Notes: a model not told the origin generated them from the sequence alone. 40,188 nucleotides of DNA from Tannerellaceae bacterium (GCA_031285925.1 JAITVG010000147.1:1-40188); one strand, 5' to 3'. Positions 8,186 through 18,203 are shown, counted from the first letter of the stretch. Translations and numbers: made by a program.

Positions 8186-9730
8186 ATGGCAGATTTATCA
8201 AAAGACATTCTCACTCTACGCGAGAAAAAAGCCGTAGTAGAGAAAGGCGGAGGCGAAGCCGCCATTGAGAAACAGGTAGCCATGGGCAAATTGACAGCCC
8301 GTGACCGCATCCATTCCATTTTGGATAAAAATTCATTCCAAGAATACGATATGTTCATGAAACATGACGGCCGTGATTTTGGAATGGACAAAAAGGATTT
8401 CCCCGCGGACGGCGTAGTTACCGGAACCGGGACAGTGAATGGAGCGCCGGTATGTATTTATGCGCAGGACTTTACCGTGGCAGGCGGATCTTTAGGTTTG
8501 CAACATGCCCGCAAGATCACGAAGGTTATGGATCTTGCCCTGAAAATGAAATGTCCGGTCATCGGCATAAACGATTCCGGAGGAGCGCGTATTCAGGAAG
8601 GAGTAAGCGCACTGGCGGGATACGGAGAAATATTTTACCGGAACACACTTGCGTCGGGAGTAATTCCGCAGTTATCGCTTATTTTGGGGCCTTGCGCAGG
8701 CGGTGCGGTTTATTCTCCGGCACTGACAGACTTCGTTTTTGTGGTGGAAAAAATCTCCAACATGTTTATCACGGGGCCGAATGTGATCAAGACCGTACTC
8801 GGCGAAGACATTTCCATGGAAGAATTAGGCGGTGCGCGTGTACATGCCGAGATTACGGGAAACGCCCACTTCTATGCCCTGAATGAAAAGGAATGTTTCG
8901 AACAAGTGAAGCGGCTGCTTAAATTTATCTCCCTGAACAACCGGGAAAAACCGAAAGCAATTAAACCCAAAGACCCCAAAGTAAGGAATATCGACGAAAT
9001 AGTTCCGGCCGACCCGAAACAACCTTATGATGTACGGGATATTATCAAATGTCTGGTGGATGATTCCGATTTCCTCGAAGTACAGGAACTTTGGGCTGCC
9101 AATATTGTGATTGGCTTCGGACGTATGGATGGCGAAACCGTCGGCTTTGTAGCCAATCAGCCGATGGTGCTGGCAGGCGTACTGGATTGCGACAGCGCCG
9201 ACAAGGCCGCCCGGTTTATTCGTTTCTGTGATTCCTTTAATATCCCCGTCGTAACACTGGAAGACATGCCCGGCTACCTGCCCGGCGTGGATCAGGAACA
9301 TGCCGGAGTGATCCGTCACGGAGCTAAAGTGCTCTACGCCTATTCGGAAGCGACTGTTCCGAAAATTACGGTAATTCTTCGCAAAGCCTACGGCGGAGGA
9401 TACATCGCAATGAACTCGCGCCACCTGGGTGCAGACTTCATGTTTGCCTGGCCAAGTGCCGAAATTGCAGTAATGGGGCCGGAAGGAGCTGCCAATATCA
9501 TCTTCCGCAAAGAGATAATGGATGCGGACAACAAGGAGTTCATGCGCCAGGAAAAGGTAAAGGAATATATCGAGAAATTCGCCAATCCTTATGTGGCAGC
9601 CTCTAAAGGCTTTGTCGATACGGTTATCGAACCCAAAGAAACCCGTACTTATTTGTTGCAGGCATTGAAACTTTCCGTATCGAAAGATGAGTTCAGACCG
9701 GAAAAGAAACACGGTTTACCTCCATTCTAA
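8186..9730 (+). CDS. Acyl-CoA carboxylase carboxyltransferase subunit (PccB/MmdA-like)
   Basis: GKLTARDRI, QDFTVAGGSLG, DSGGARIQEG, GPCAGGAVYSPALTD, RKAYGGGY and C-terminal KKHGLPPF. Confidence 0.92.
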   Translation: MADLSKDILTLREKKAVVEKGGGEAAIEKQVAMGKLTARDRIHSILDKNSFQEYDMFMKHDGRDFGMDKKDFPADGVVTGTGTVNGAPVCIYAQDFTVAGGSLGLQHARKITKVMDLALKMKCPVIGINDSGGARIQEGVSALAGYGEIFYRNTLASGVIPQLSLILGPCAGGAVYSPALTDFVFVVEKISNMFITGPNVIKTVLGEDISMEELGGARVHAEITGNAHFYALNEKECFEQVKRLLKFISLNNREKPKAIKPKDPKVRNIDEIVPADPKQPYDVRDIIKCLVDDSDFLEVQELWAANIVIGFGRMDGETVGFVANQPMVLAGVLDCDSADKAARFIRFCDSFNIPVVTLEDMPGYLPGVDQEHAGVIRHGAKVLYAYSEATVPKITVILRKAYGGGYIAMNSRHLGADFMFAWPSAEIAVMGPEGAANIIFRKEIMDADNKEFMRQEKVKEYIEKFANPYVAASKGFVDTVIEPKETRTYLLQALKLSVSKDEFRPEKKHGLPPF

Positions 9731-9753
9731 CCAATTCATTTAAATCAATCTGT

Positions 9754-10086
9754 ATGGAAAAGAAAGGAAATGAATATGTTGATTTCGGGATAATGGCGGG
9801 TATCTATAAAACCCGCCTGACGAGGAAATTCAAAAACCGTGACGTCTGGCAGCAGCCTGTACCGGGAGAAGTTTTGTCGAACTTGCCGGGAACCATCATT
9901 CAGGTATTAGTCCGGGAAGGACAGGTGGTAAAGGAAGGCGACCTGTTGCTTATTCACGAAGCCATGAAGATGTTCAACAGAATAGCCGCTCCCGTAAGCG
10001 GCAAGGTAGCCGGTATAAACGTCATGGTAGGCGACAAGATCGGGAAAAATCACCTGATGATAAAGATCAATCCCGAAAGGAAATAA
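9754..10086 (+). CDS. Biotin carboxyl carrier protein
   Basis: EAMKM biotinylation motif with PGTI...V.EG..V..GD and APVSGKV flanks. Confidence 0.88.
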   Translation: MEKKGNEYVDFGIMAGIYKTRLTRKFKNRDVWQQPVPGEVLSNLPGTIIQVLVREGQVVKEGDLLLIHEAMKMFNRIAAPVSGKVAGINVMVGDKIGKNHLMIKINPERK

Positions 10087-10106
10087 ACTTTGACAGAATA
10101 ATTGAC

Positions 10107-10142
10107 AAAAGAGGCATAGCGCAGGTTATGCCTCTTTTTTTG
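10107..10142 (+). terminator. Intrinsic terminator
   Basis: AAAAGAGGCATA / TATGCCTCTTTT stem followed by a T run, 20 bp after the stop at 10086. Confidence 0.8.
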
Positions 10143-10149
10143 TCTGAAT

Positions 10150-10280
10150 GCCTTTGAAAAATCATCTAAACGTATTTGAAAAATCATCTAAATGCCCTTG
10201 GCAAAACAATTAGATGGTTTTTAAAATCATTTAGATGGCTTGAGGAAAGCAATTAGATGTTTTTTTGAAGCACGTTTAGC
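10150..10280. repeat. 22-bp periodic array (family B, copy 1)
   Basis: Cores CATCTAAACG 10163, CATCTAAATG 10185, CAATTAGATG 10207, CATTTAGATG 10228, CAATTAGATG 10250. The last three are reverse-oriented. Confidence 0.85.
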
Positions 10281-10301
10281 CCGTATCAAATCTACATGTA
10301 T

Positions 10302-10309
10302 TATCTTTG
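10302..10309 (+). promoter_or_regulatory. -7 box (TATCTTTG) for the coaX operon
   Basis: TAnnTTTG match 36 bp upstream of ATG 10346. Confidence 0.6.
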
Positions 10310-10345
10310 CAGTAGATTACAAAAGAAAATAAATGACTGACTCGA

Positions 10346-11074
10346 ATGAACCTTATTATAGAGCAGGGTAATACTACCACGAAAGTAGCGGTATATCATC
10401 AGCGGCAGCTAAAAGCCTCTTATATATATAAGGAGTTCAAATGCGAACTGCTGACGGAATTATTCGAGCGCTTTCCTTTGAAGCAGGGTATCCTGTCGTC
10501 GGTAATCGAGGTGCAGGAGTTCCTGCCGGTCTGTCTGCGGGAAAAATTGGACAAATTCATTTTCTTAGACGAAAAAACGCCGCTGCCCATAAAGGTCGGC
10601 TATGAAACGCCGCACACACTTGGGCACGACCGGCTGGCCGCAGCGGTAGGCGGACATACATTGCAGCCGAATAGAAATCTTTTGATCATTGATGCCGGAA
10701 CAGCTATCACTTACGATGTGGTGGAAGCATCGGGATTATATCCGGGAGGAAACATCTCGCCGGGCATGACTACACGCTTCAGGGCATTGCATGATTACAC
10801 GCAAAAACTTCCGCTCGTTGCCGAACAGGAAGAAATTCCGTTGATCGCCGCCAATACCACGGCAGCCATCCGGGCAGGCGTAGTGAACGGAATTGTGTTT
10901 GAAATGGACGGATATATTAATGAGTTGCGGCTAAAACATCCTGATCTTTTCGTTTTTTTAACAGGCGGCCATTCATTTTACTTGCGGGGGCGCTTAAAAA
11001 ACTGCATCTTTGCAGACATTAATTTAGTGTTGACAGGATTAAATAGAATCTTAGAATATAATGTTGAAAATTAG
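10346..11074 (+). CDS. coaX: Type III pantothenate kinase
   Basis: IIEQGNTTTK, TLGHDR, IIDAGTAITYD, GGNISPG, LTGG and LVLTGL motifs. Confidence 0.93.
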   Translation: MNLIIEQGNTTTKVAVYHQRQLKASYIYKEFKCELLTELFERFPLKQGILSSVIEVQEFLPVCLREKLDKFIFLDEKTPLPIKVGYETPHTLGHDRLAAAVGGHTLQPNRNLLIIDAGTAITYDVVEASGLYPGGNISPGMTTRFRALHDYTQKLPLVAEQEEIPLIAANTTAAIRAGVVNGIVFEMDGYINELRLKHPDLFVFLTGGHSFYLRGRLKNCIFADINLVLTGLNRILEYNVEN

Positions 11075-12347
11075 CAGGGTAGTAATTATAAGCATTCTTA
11101 TAGCCACTCCGTTATCAGTGTGGGCGCAGAATAATACAAATTCACCTTATAGCCGTTTCGGATATGGGGAAATAGCCGACCGCTCTTTTGCGGCAGGTCG
11201 TGCCATGGGGGGAATCGGAATCGGATTGCGGACAGGCAAGCAGGTTAATGCACTTAACCCCGCGTCATATACCGCCATGGATTCCATGACGTTCCTGTTC
11301 GACTTCGGGGCACACATGCAGTTTTCCCGTTACAGCGACGGAGAAAACAAGGAAATAAACCGGAACGGTAATTTTGAATACATGGCCATGCAATTTCCCT
11401 TGCACCGGAGAGTGGCCATGAGTATCGGGCTAATCCCCTACTCCTTTGTGGGTTATCAGTTTGGAGAAGTAGTAACTGAAGGAGATTTAACATATACTAA
11501 TACATTTATCGGCTCGGGCGGATTAAACGAAGTGTACGGAGGATTGTCTATTGATATATGGAAGAAGCGTCTTTCAGCAGGAGCAAACATCGGTTATCTG
11601 TTCGGTACGACAAACCATCAGCAGAATGTATCTTTCCCAACGGGAAGTGAGGCAAGCAGAAATGTGAAAATGCAAAGCGTCGAAGTGCGCGACATAAAAA
11701 CAGATTTCGGCGTGCAATACACCCATCCGTTGAGCGCCCGGGAGAATGTGGTTGCGGGAGTTGTTTTTTCGCCGGCAAAAAAGTTGAACACTACCGCTTA
11801 CGATATTCTTAATGTAGGAAATACATCTGAAAAGTCGGATACGCTGACCGGTCAGCGTTTTGATCTGCCGAGTTCGTTCGGTGTCGGGTTTTCATACACG
11901 AAGACATATAAACTGATAATAGGAGCCGATGTTTTATATGAAAATTGGAGTAATGCAAATTATTTTGATCAAAAGGGAAATTTTGAAGATCGTTTGCGTA
12001 TCGCGGGCGGAGTGGAATATATCCCGAATGCCCAAGACAGAAACCTTCTCCGCCGTATGCGCTACCGGGCGGGAGCACATTACAGCAACTCCTACACGAC
12101 AGTGGGAATAGCCGGAGGAAATGCTTCCGACAGGTACGGATACAGGGAATATGGCGCAAGTGTGGGTTTGGGTATCCCGATAAGAACAGGATACAGTTTT
12201 GACGACAACCGCTCGATCGTTAATCTCTCATTCGAATATGTAAAGGTGAAACCGGAGATGCGCTCGATGATCGATGAACAGTATTTTCGCATAACCCTGA
12301 ACCTGACATTCAATGAAATGTGGTTTAGGAAGCTAAGGATTGAATAA
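11061..12347 (+). CDS. Outer-membrane beta-barrel protein (FadL-like hypothetical)
   Basis: Signal peptide, NSPYSRFGYG, AMGG...NPAS motif, alternating beta-strand pattern and aromatic C-terminus (FNEMWF). Confidence 0.7.
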   Translation: MLKISRVVIISILIATPLSVWAQNNTNSPYSRFGYGEIADRSFAAGRAMGGIGIGLRTGKQVNALNPASYTAMDSMTFLFDFGAHMQFSRYSDGENKEINRNGNFEYMAMQFPLHRRVAMSIGLIPYSFVGYQFGEVVTEGDLTYTNTFIGSGGLNEVYGGLSIDIWKKRLSAGANIGYLFGTTNHQQNVSFPTGSEASRNVKMQSVEVRDIKTDFGVQYTHPLSARENVVAGVVFSPAKKLNTTAYDILNVGNTSEKSDTLTGQRFDLPSSFGVGFSYTKTYKLIIGADVLYENWSNANYFDQKGNFEDRLRIAGGVEYIPNAQDRNLLRRMRYRAGAHYSNSYTTVGIAGGNASDRYGYREYGASVGLGIPIRTGYSFDDNRSIVNLSFEYVKVKPEMRSMIDEQYFRITLNLTFNEMWFRKLRIE

Positions 12348-12375
12348 TAGAAAAACTTAAATAAATGAACAGATC

Positions 12376-13743
12376 ATGAAAATTAAAGTGTTATTTACAG
12401 CTCTGATAGCCTCGTTTGGAATATTCGGAGCTTACGCGCAGAAAGGAGTAGATAATGGAACCCAGTACGGATCGGGAGAAGACAGTGTTCGTTGTATACA
12501 AAACCTGAGCCTTTATGTACCTTATGCTAAAGCAGGAAACTACAAGGATGCTTATGAATATTGGGAAATGGCCTACAAGGAATGTCCCGCTGCAAATAAG
12601 GATATTTATTTGTATGGTGTCCGTATCGTAGCTTGGGAACTCTCAAATGAAAAAGATCCTGCTAAAAGAGATCAATTGATCGACAAGTTGATGGGCGTAT
12701 ACGATCAGCGTGTTAAATATTTCGGAAACGACCCCCGCTATGGAACCGACTGGATCGTTGCCCGCAAAGCACAGGATTATATTCAGTATAAAGGAGAAAA
12801 CACGGATCCCAAAGTTCTTAAAGACTGGTTGAAGCCGGTACTGGAACAGTTTGGCGAAAAAACCGACGCTTTGGCCGTATCTCTTTACATGTTCGCTTCC
12901 CACCGTCTGTTAATGGCAGATCCGGAAAATGTAAAAACGCAATATATTGATGATTATCTGCGTTCTTCCGCTATTCTGGACGCCCAGTTGGCAGCGGCCA
13001 AGGCAGCCAATAACGAAAAGGAAACAGCGAATTTGACTACATTCAAGACCGGTATCGAGGGTGGTTTTGCCGCAAGTGGCGCCGCCGATTGCGAAACTCT
13101 GCAAAACATGTATGCGGAGAAAGTGGAACAGAACAAGGAAGACATGCAATTCCTTCAGGAAACACTGGCCTTGCTGAAACGTTCGCGCTGTACGGATACC
13201 GATGTCTACATTGCAGCTTCGCGCTATGTTCATGTGAACAACCCGACGGCCGAGTCTGCGGTTGGTTTGGGCAAGCAGGCGGTACGCGACAAGGATTACG
13301 AAACCGCTATCAAATATTTCGAGGAAGCAGCGAATCTGGAACAGGATGTTAATGCGAAAGCCGACGATTATTATATGATCGCCTTGCTGATGCAGGAACA
13401 AAACAACTATTCGCGTTCCAGACAATATGCACTGAAAACACTGGAAGAAAATCCGAATTACGGAAAGGCATATATCCTGATCGGTACCTTGTATGCAAGC
13501 ACAGTCAAGTCTGTTTATCCTAACGATGCGGTTTTGGCGAAAGCTGTTTACAATACGGCGCTCGACAAATTTGAAAGAGCCCGCCAAGTTGATCCCGAAT
13601 CAGCGGAAGAAGCAAACAAACTGATCGGTATTTACCGGGCATACTTACCTTCCACCGAAGATATTTTCATGCATCCCGACTTGGAAAAAGGGAAACCGTT
13701 TACCGTAGGTGGTTGGATCAACGAGCGGACTACTATTCGTTAA
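12376..13743 (+). CDS. Exported tetratricopeptide repeat protein
   Basis: Signal peptide ending AYA-Q, with TPR-like helices (YETAIKYFEEA; ALKTLEENPNYGKAYILIGTLY). Confidence 0.75.
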   Translation: MKIKVLFTALIASFGIFGAYAQKGVDNGTQYGSGEDSVRCIQNLSLYVPYAKAGNYKDAYEYWEMAYKECPAANKDIYLYGVRIVAWELSNEKDPAKRDQLIDKLMGVYDQRVKYFGNDPRYGTDWIVARKAQDYIQYKGENTDPKVLKDWLKPVLEQFGEKTDALAVSLYMFASHRLLMADPENVKTQYIDDYLRSSAILDAQLAAAKAANNEKETANLTTFKTGIEGGFAASGAADCETLQNMYAEKVEQNKEDMQFLQETLALLKRSRCTDTDVYIAASRYVHVNNPTAESAVGLGKQAVRDKDYETAIKYFEEAANLEQDVNAKADDYYMIALLMQEQNNYSRSRQYALKTLEENPNYGKAYILIGTLYASTVKSVYPNDAVLAKAVYNTALDKFERARQVDPESAEEANKLIGIYRAYLPSTEDIFMHPDLEKGKPFTVGGWINERTTIR

Positions 13744-13745
13744 AC

Positions 13746-14582
13746 ATGGCTGAAAGGCTCAGTACCGACCGTCAAATAGAATTTAAAGGCATAACAACTG
13801 TATTTGCAGTTGTTATGCTTCTTCTTTTAGCCGTGGCGTGTGGCAGCGATAAAAAGGAAGTGGTAGCCGTGGCGTTCGATCCGGAATCAACCTACACGAT
13901 GCGCACGACAAACATAGTATCCCTTATTTCCGATTCCGGTATTACCCGCTATCGTGTGACCTCTTCCGAAATGCTGGTATTCGAAAAAGCCGCCGATCCC
14001 TACTGGTATTTCCCGCAAGGTGTTTTTCTGGAACGGTTCGATAGCCTGTTTACGACCGACGTCAGTATCAAAGCCGACACGGCATATAACTGGTATAACA
14101 GGAAGTTGTGGAAACTTATCGGTAATGTGGATGTCAGAAACTTGGAAGGCGACCGCTTTGAAACGGATACGCTCTACTGGGATTCAAAAGCGGAACGGGT
14201 CTATTCGGAAGCCTTTATGCGCATTACGCGGGAAGACCAGGTGCTTTCCGGTATGGGCTTTGAGTCGAATCAGAACATGACAAAATACCGGATCAAACGA
14301 CCGCAAGGATCGTTCCCCGTACAGGAAGAAGAAGCTCCGGCAGATACGACAGCTGCGGAACAGACGCGGGAAGCAACCCCGCCGGCTCCGGCTATCCTTC
14401 CTCCGACGCGAAGAGAAAGGCCACAGCGAAGAGTATTGCCGGAAACATTACCGGAAACACTACCGGAAACCGCAGAAAAGGATTCCCTGCCGGAAATCGT
14501 AAAAAAGGACTCTCTGCCGGAAACACGACAGGAGGAAGAACTGAAACCTCTCCGTCGGACGAATGAATCAGACGTCAAGTGA
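13746..14582 (+). CDS. lptC: LPS export protein LptC with low-complexity C-terminal extension
   Basis: Lipobox-like VACG, LISDSG, YFPQG, IKADTA, ETDTLYWD and GMGFESNQ resemble Bacteroidota LptC, and the position between TPR and hemolysin genes fits. Start at ATG 13746. Confidence 0.8.
   Translation: MAERLSTDRQIEFKGITTVFAVVMLLLLAVACGSDKKEVVAVAFDPESTYTMRTTNIVSLISDSGITRYRVTSSEMLVFEKAADPYWYFPQGVFLERFDSLFTTDVSIKADTAYNWYNRKLWKLIGNVDVRNLEGDRFETDTLYWDSKAERVYSEAFMRITREDQVLSGMGFESNQNMTKYRIKRPQGSFPVQEEEAPADTTAAEQTREATPPAPAILPPTRRERPQRRVLPETLPETLPETAEKDSLPEIVKKDSLPETRQEEELKPLRRTNESDVK
14436..14524 (+). repeat. Intragenic tandem repeats (3x12 bp LPET; 2x27 bp KDSLPE)
   Basis: TTGCCGGAAACA, TTACCGGAAACA, CTACCGGAAACC at 14436-14471, then two AAAGGAYTCYCTGCCGGAAA copies 27 bp apart. 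Confidence 0.8.
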
Positions 14583-15841
14583 GCCGGATTCTTATATACA
14601 TATTAATATCACTCGCCTTTTCCGCTTTCTTTTCCGGAATGGAAATAGCTTTTGTTTCCTCCAACAAGCTCCGTTTTGAGATGGACAGGGAAAGCAAGAG
14701 TTTCCCCAGCCGCATATTAAATATCTTTTACAGGAATCCGGGGAATTTTATATCCACCATGCTTGTCGGAAACAATATAGCTTTAGTTGTTTACGGCCTG
14801 CAAATGGCTATCCTTTTGGAACCTTTTATCGCCGGTTTTGTGATCAATGGGGCATTGATAGTATTGATCCAATCCGTACTGTCTACCATACTGATCCTTT
14901 TTGCCGGAGAATTCATTCCCAAGGCTGTTTTCCGGATCAATCCGAACTTTTCCCTCAACCTGTTTGCCGTACCTTTACTTATACTATATATTATATTGTA
15001 TCCCATTTCCCGGTTTACGTCTATCCTGTCTTATCTTATACTTAAAATAGCAGGAGCGAAAAACCTGAAAGGTTCCGTACAAAAAACACTGGGAAAGGTT
15101 GATCTTGATTACTTCATTCAGCAAAGTATCGAAAAATCAAGTCGGCGGCAAACGATAGAAACCGAAGTCAAAATATTCCGGAATGCTTTGGACTTTTCAA
15201 ATGTACGGCTCCGGGACTGCATGATTCCGCGCACGGAGATCGTGGCCTGCGAAACATCCGCCACGGTTGATGATCTGAAAAACCGCTTTATTGAAACAGG
15301 CTTGTCTAAAATAGTAATATATAGAGAAAACATTGACGACATTGCCGGTTATATCCATTCATCCGAATTGTTCAAGCATCCGGCAGACTGGACGGAGAGT
15401 ATCCGGGAAGTTTCCATCGTACCGGAAACCATGGCGGCAAACAAACTGATGAAGATATTGATGCAGGACAAAAAGAGCCTGGCTATCGTAGTGGATGAAT
15501 TTGGAGGAACGGCCGGACTGGTTACTCTTGAAGATTTGGTGGAAGAAATATTCGGCGAGATTGAAGACGAACACGATACCCGGTCGCACATAGCAAAGAA
15601 AGTTGCCGATAACGAGTATCTACTTTCCGGACGTGTGGAAATCGATGCGTTAAATGAAATGTTCAATCTCGATATTCCGGAGTCCGACGATTATGCAACT
15701 ATAGCCGGCTATATCCTGAACAACCATCAGAATTTTCCTAAACTGAACGAAACGATTGTGATCGATAAATATTCCTTTAAAATAATTAAGGTAACTACGA
15801 CAAAGATCGAATTGGTTCGCTTGAAAGTGCCTGAACAGTAA
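14579..15841 (+). CDS. HlyC/CorC (CNNM-CBS-CorC) family transporter, 'hemolysin family protein'
   Basis: SAFFSGMEIAF, LVGNNI, GEFIPK, MIPRTEI, VVDEFGGTAGLVTLEDLVEEIFGEIEDEHD and YATIAG. GTG start overlaps the lptC stop. Confidence 0.92.
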   Translation: MSRILIYILISLAFSAFFSGMEIAFVSSNKLRFEMDRESKSFPSRILNIFYRNPGNFISTMLVGNNIALVVYGLQMAILLEPFIAGFVINGALIVLIQSVLSTILILFAGEFIPKAVFRINPNFSLNLFAVPLLILYIILYPISRFTSILSYLILKIAGAKNLKGSVQKTLGKVDLDYFIQQSIEKSSRRQTIETEVKIFRNALDFSNVRLRDCMIPRTEIVACETSATVDDLKNRFIETGLSKIVIYRENIDDIAGYIHSSELFKHPADWTESIREVSIVPETMAANKLMKILMQDKKSLAIVVDEFGGTAGLVTLEDLVEEIFGEIEDEHDTRSHIAKKVADNEYLLSGRVEIDALNEMFNLDIPESDDYATIAGYILNNHQNFPKLNETIVIDKYSFKIIKVTTTKIELVRLKVPEQ

Positions 15842-15953
15842 AAAAAAACGTCTAAATGATGTTACAGTTCCTTTTTTTTATAACTTCGCACCCTTAATTG
15901 CTTTAGATAGAAATAAAATAAAGAATAATAACTAAATAAACAGATAACGATAA

Positions 15954-18086
15954 ATGGCAACGCTTGAAAAAATTAGAAACAAAGCCGGACTGCTGATTGG
16001 TGTAGTGGGAGTTGCTTTGTTGGCTTTTATCATTGGAGACTTTTTAAACTCCGGTTCAACCTATTTCAGACAAAATCAGGAGAAAATTGCTTCCGTAAAC
16101 GGTGAGGTTATTACAATTCAGGATTATCAGGCTCGTATCGACGAGATGTCTGAAGTGTATAAAATGCAAACCGGAAGTTCGAACCTGACGGAAGATATTG
16201 TTACAAACATTCGCGAGTCGGTGTTCAGTGCGATGGTACGGGAAATAGTTTTAGGAGAAACTACTGAAAAAATGGCGCTCAAAGTCAGCGTGGAAGAATT
16301 GTTTGATATGGTTCAGGGCGAGAATATTTCTCCGGTTATCCGTCAGATGCCGATGTTCCTGAACGAAGCCGGCCAATTTGACAAAACGGCTTTATTAAAC
16401 TTCCTGAAAACTATTGACGATGATCAGATAGCCGGATATCCGGCAGATCAGCAAATGCAATTGCTTCAGATGCGCAATTTCTGGCTGTTTTGGGAGAAAA
16501 GCATCAAAAATCAACGTCTGGAAGAAAAATACACAAACCTGCTGACAAAAGCAATTTCCGCAAACAAACTGGATGCGGAAGACAATTACAAGGCTAGTTC
16601 GGAAACAAGCGATATTGTTTATGCCATGCAAAACTATGCTTCGATTCCCGACTCAACTGTTCAGGTTAGCAAAAGCGAAATAAGCAAATTATACAATCAG
16701 CGTAAGGAAACGTTTAAGCAAGCTGAGTCTAATGTATTGAGTTATATCACTGTCGATATAGTTCCCAGTGCCGAAGATTTTGCAAAAGCACAAGCGGATA
16801 TCGAAAGTTTGAGATCGGATTTTGCCGCTTCTTCAAATGTTGCCGACATAGTAAATGAAAACTCGGATATTCCTTACGCAGATGTTTATTCATCCGACAA
16901 AACATTCGACGAAGAACTTAAACAGTTTGCTGTTACTGCCGAAACGGGAGATGTACACGGGCCTGTTTTTGCCGATAACAAGTATCGTATGTTTAAACTT
17001 GTGGACAAGAGCATGGCTCCCGACTCTGTAAAAATAAGCCATATCATGCTGGCGGGGATGACCGAAGAAAGAACAGCGTTTTTGACGGATAGCCTGACCG
17101 GTGTTTTAAAGGGCGGCGCCATCTTTGAAGATCTTGCCCGTCAGTATTCCATGGATCAGGCAGCCCAATTGGGTGGCGAGTTGGGATGGTTCACTGAGGC
17201 CAATGCATTGAGAGGACTGGGCGAAGAGTTTAAAAATGTAGCATTCTCAGCGAAAGTGAATGAATTGTATACGGTCAAAACCACGTATGGCACACATATC
17301 GTGAAGGTAACGGAGAAAACATCCGATGTGCAGAAATACAAGATAGCAAATATCGAAATAGCCGTTTCCCCAAGTTCTGTGACATACAGTAACCTGTACA
17401 ACAATCTGAACCAGTATTTATCAACCAATAATACGCAGGATAAATTTGAAGAAAATGCACAGGAAGCAGGATTTAGTCTGATTAAGGACGCTACGGTTAC
17501 GAAAAATGACCAGACGATCGGCTTTCTGAGAAACTCACGGCAGGTGATTCGCTGGTCTTTTGAAACTGATAAGGGCAATATTTCCGATATTTTTGAATGT
17601 GATGATAAATTTATAGCGGCGGTAATGAAAGGGACTATCCCCGAAGGCTATCGTTCGGTAGCTTCCGTTACTCCCCAGTTGGAGAATGAACTCAGATCAC
17701 AGAAAAAAGGTGAAATGATCGTTCAGGATCTTAATTCCAAAAATCCGGGATCACTTTCGGCTTATGCACAGGCAATGAATTCCAAGGTTGATTCAGTGAA
17801 ATTCGTTGGATTCAACACTCCGCGTATATCCGGAATAGGTATGGAACCCAAACTCAATGCAATTGCTTCTCTTTCTCCGGCAGGGCAAATGAGTCGGCCG
17901 GTAGCGGGCACTAACGGAGTATACGTATTGGAAGTTACCAATAAAAACAAGGACGAAAGTGTATATGATGAATCGTCACAAATGAATACGATCAACGCGG
18001 CCAATGCCTACCGTGCAGGTTTTTCCGCTATCGGAATATTGATCGATCGCGCAGAGGTAGTAGACAACCGCATACGTTTCTATTGA
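15954..18086 (+). CDS. SurA N-terminal domain / PpiD-like peptidyl-prolyl isomerase
   Basis: MATLEKIR plus single TM anchor, and a parvulin domain (SHIML, FEDLARQYSMD, GGELGWF, TTYGTHIVKV). Confidence 0.88.
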   Translation: MATLEKIRNKAGLLIGVVGVALLAFIIGDFLNSGSTYFRQNQEKIASVNGEVITIQDYQARIDEMSEVYKMQTGSSNLTEDIVTNIRESVFSAMVREIVLGETTEKMALKVSVEELFDMVQGENISPVIRQMPMFLNEAGQFDKTALLNFLKTIDDDQIAGYPADQQMQLLQMRNFWLFWEKSIKNQRLEEKYTNLLTKAISANKLDAEDNYKASSETSDIVYAMQNYASIPDSTVQVSKSEISKLYNQRKETFKQAESNVLSYITVDIVPSAEDFAKAQADIESLRSDFAASSNVADIVNENSDIPYADVYSSDKTFDEELKQFAVTAETGDVHGPVFADNKYRMFKLVDKSMAPDSVKISHIMLAGMTEERTAFLTDSLTGVLKGGAIFEDLARQYSMDQAAQLGGELGWFTEANALRGLGEEFKNVAFSAKVNELYTVKTTYGTHIVKVTEKTSDVQKYKIANIEIAVSPSSVTYSNLYNNLNQYLSTNNTQDKFEENAQEAGFSLIKDATVTKNDQTIGFLRNSRQVIRWSFETDKGNISDIFECDDKFIAAVMKGTIPEGYRSVASVTPQLENELRSQKKGEMIVQDLNSKNPGSLSAYAQAMNSKVDSVKFVGFNTPRISGIGMEPKLNAIASLSPAGQMSRPVAGTNGVYVLEVTNKNKDESVYDESSQMNTINAANAYRAGFSAIGILIDRAEVVDNRIRFY

Positions 18087-18106
18087 TCCGAAGATATTTT
18101 TTGCAT

Positions 18107-18163
18107 AACCGGAGAGTCCTGAAAGCCTGAATATTCAGGTCTTTTAGGACTCTCCGGTTTTTT
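18107..18163 (+). terminator. Long hairpin / intrinsic terminator
   Basis: 14-bp arms AACCGGAGAGTCCT / AGGACTCTCCGGTT around an inner palindrome CCTGAATATTCAGG, followed by a T run. Confidence 0.75.
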
Positions 18164-18203
18164 ATAAGCATGAAGCATCCGTAATCCACAAAAATTTTTA
18201 TTC

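Noticed and set aside
8825-9712. 295-aa antisense ORF, and similar ones such as 12910-13587 and 35443-36297
   Set aside because: They lie wholly opposite well-supported genes and show no recognisable motifs, so they are treated as shadow ORFs.
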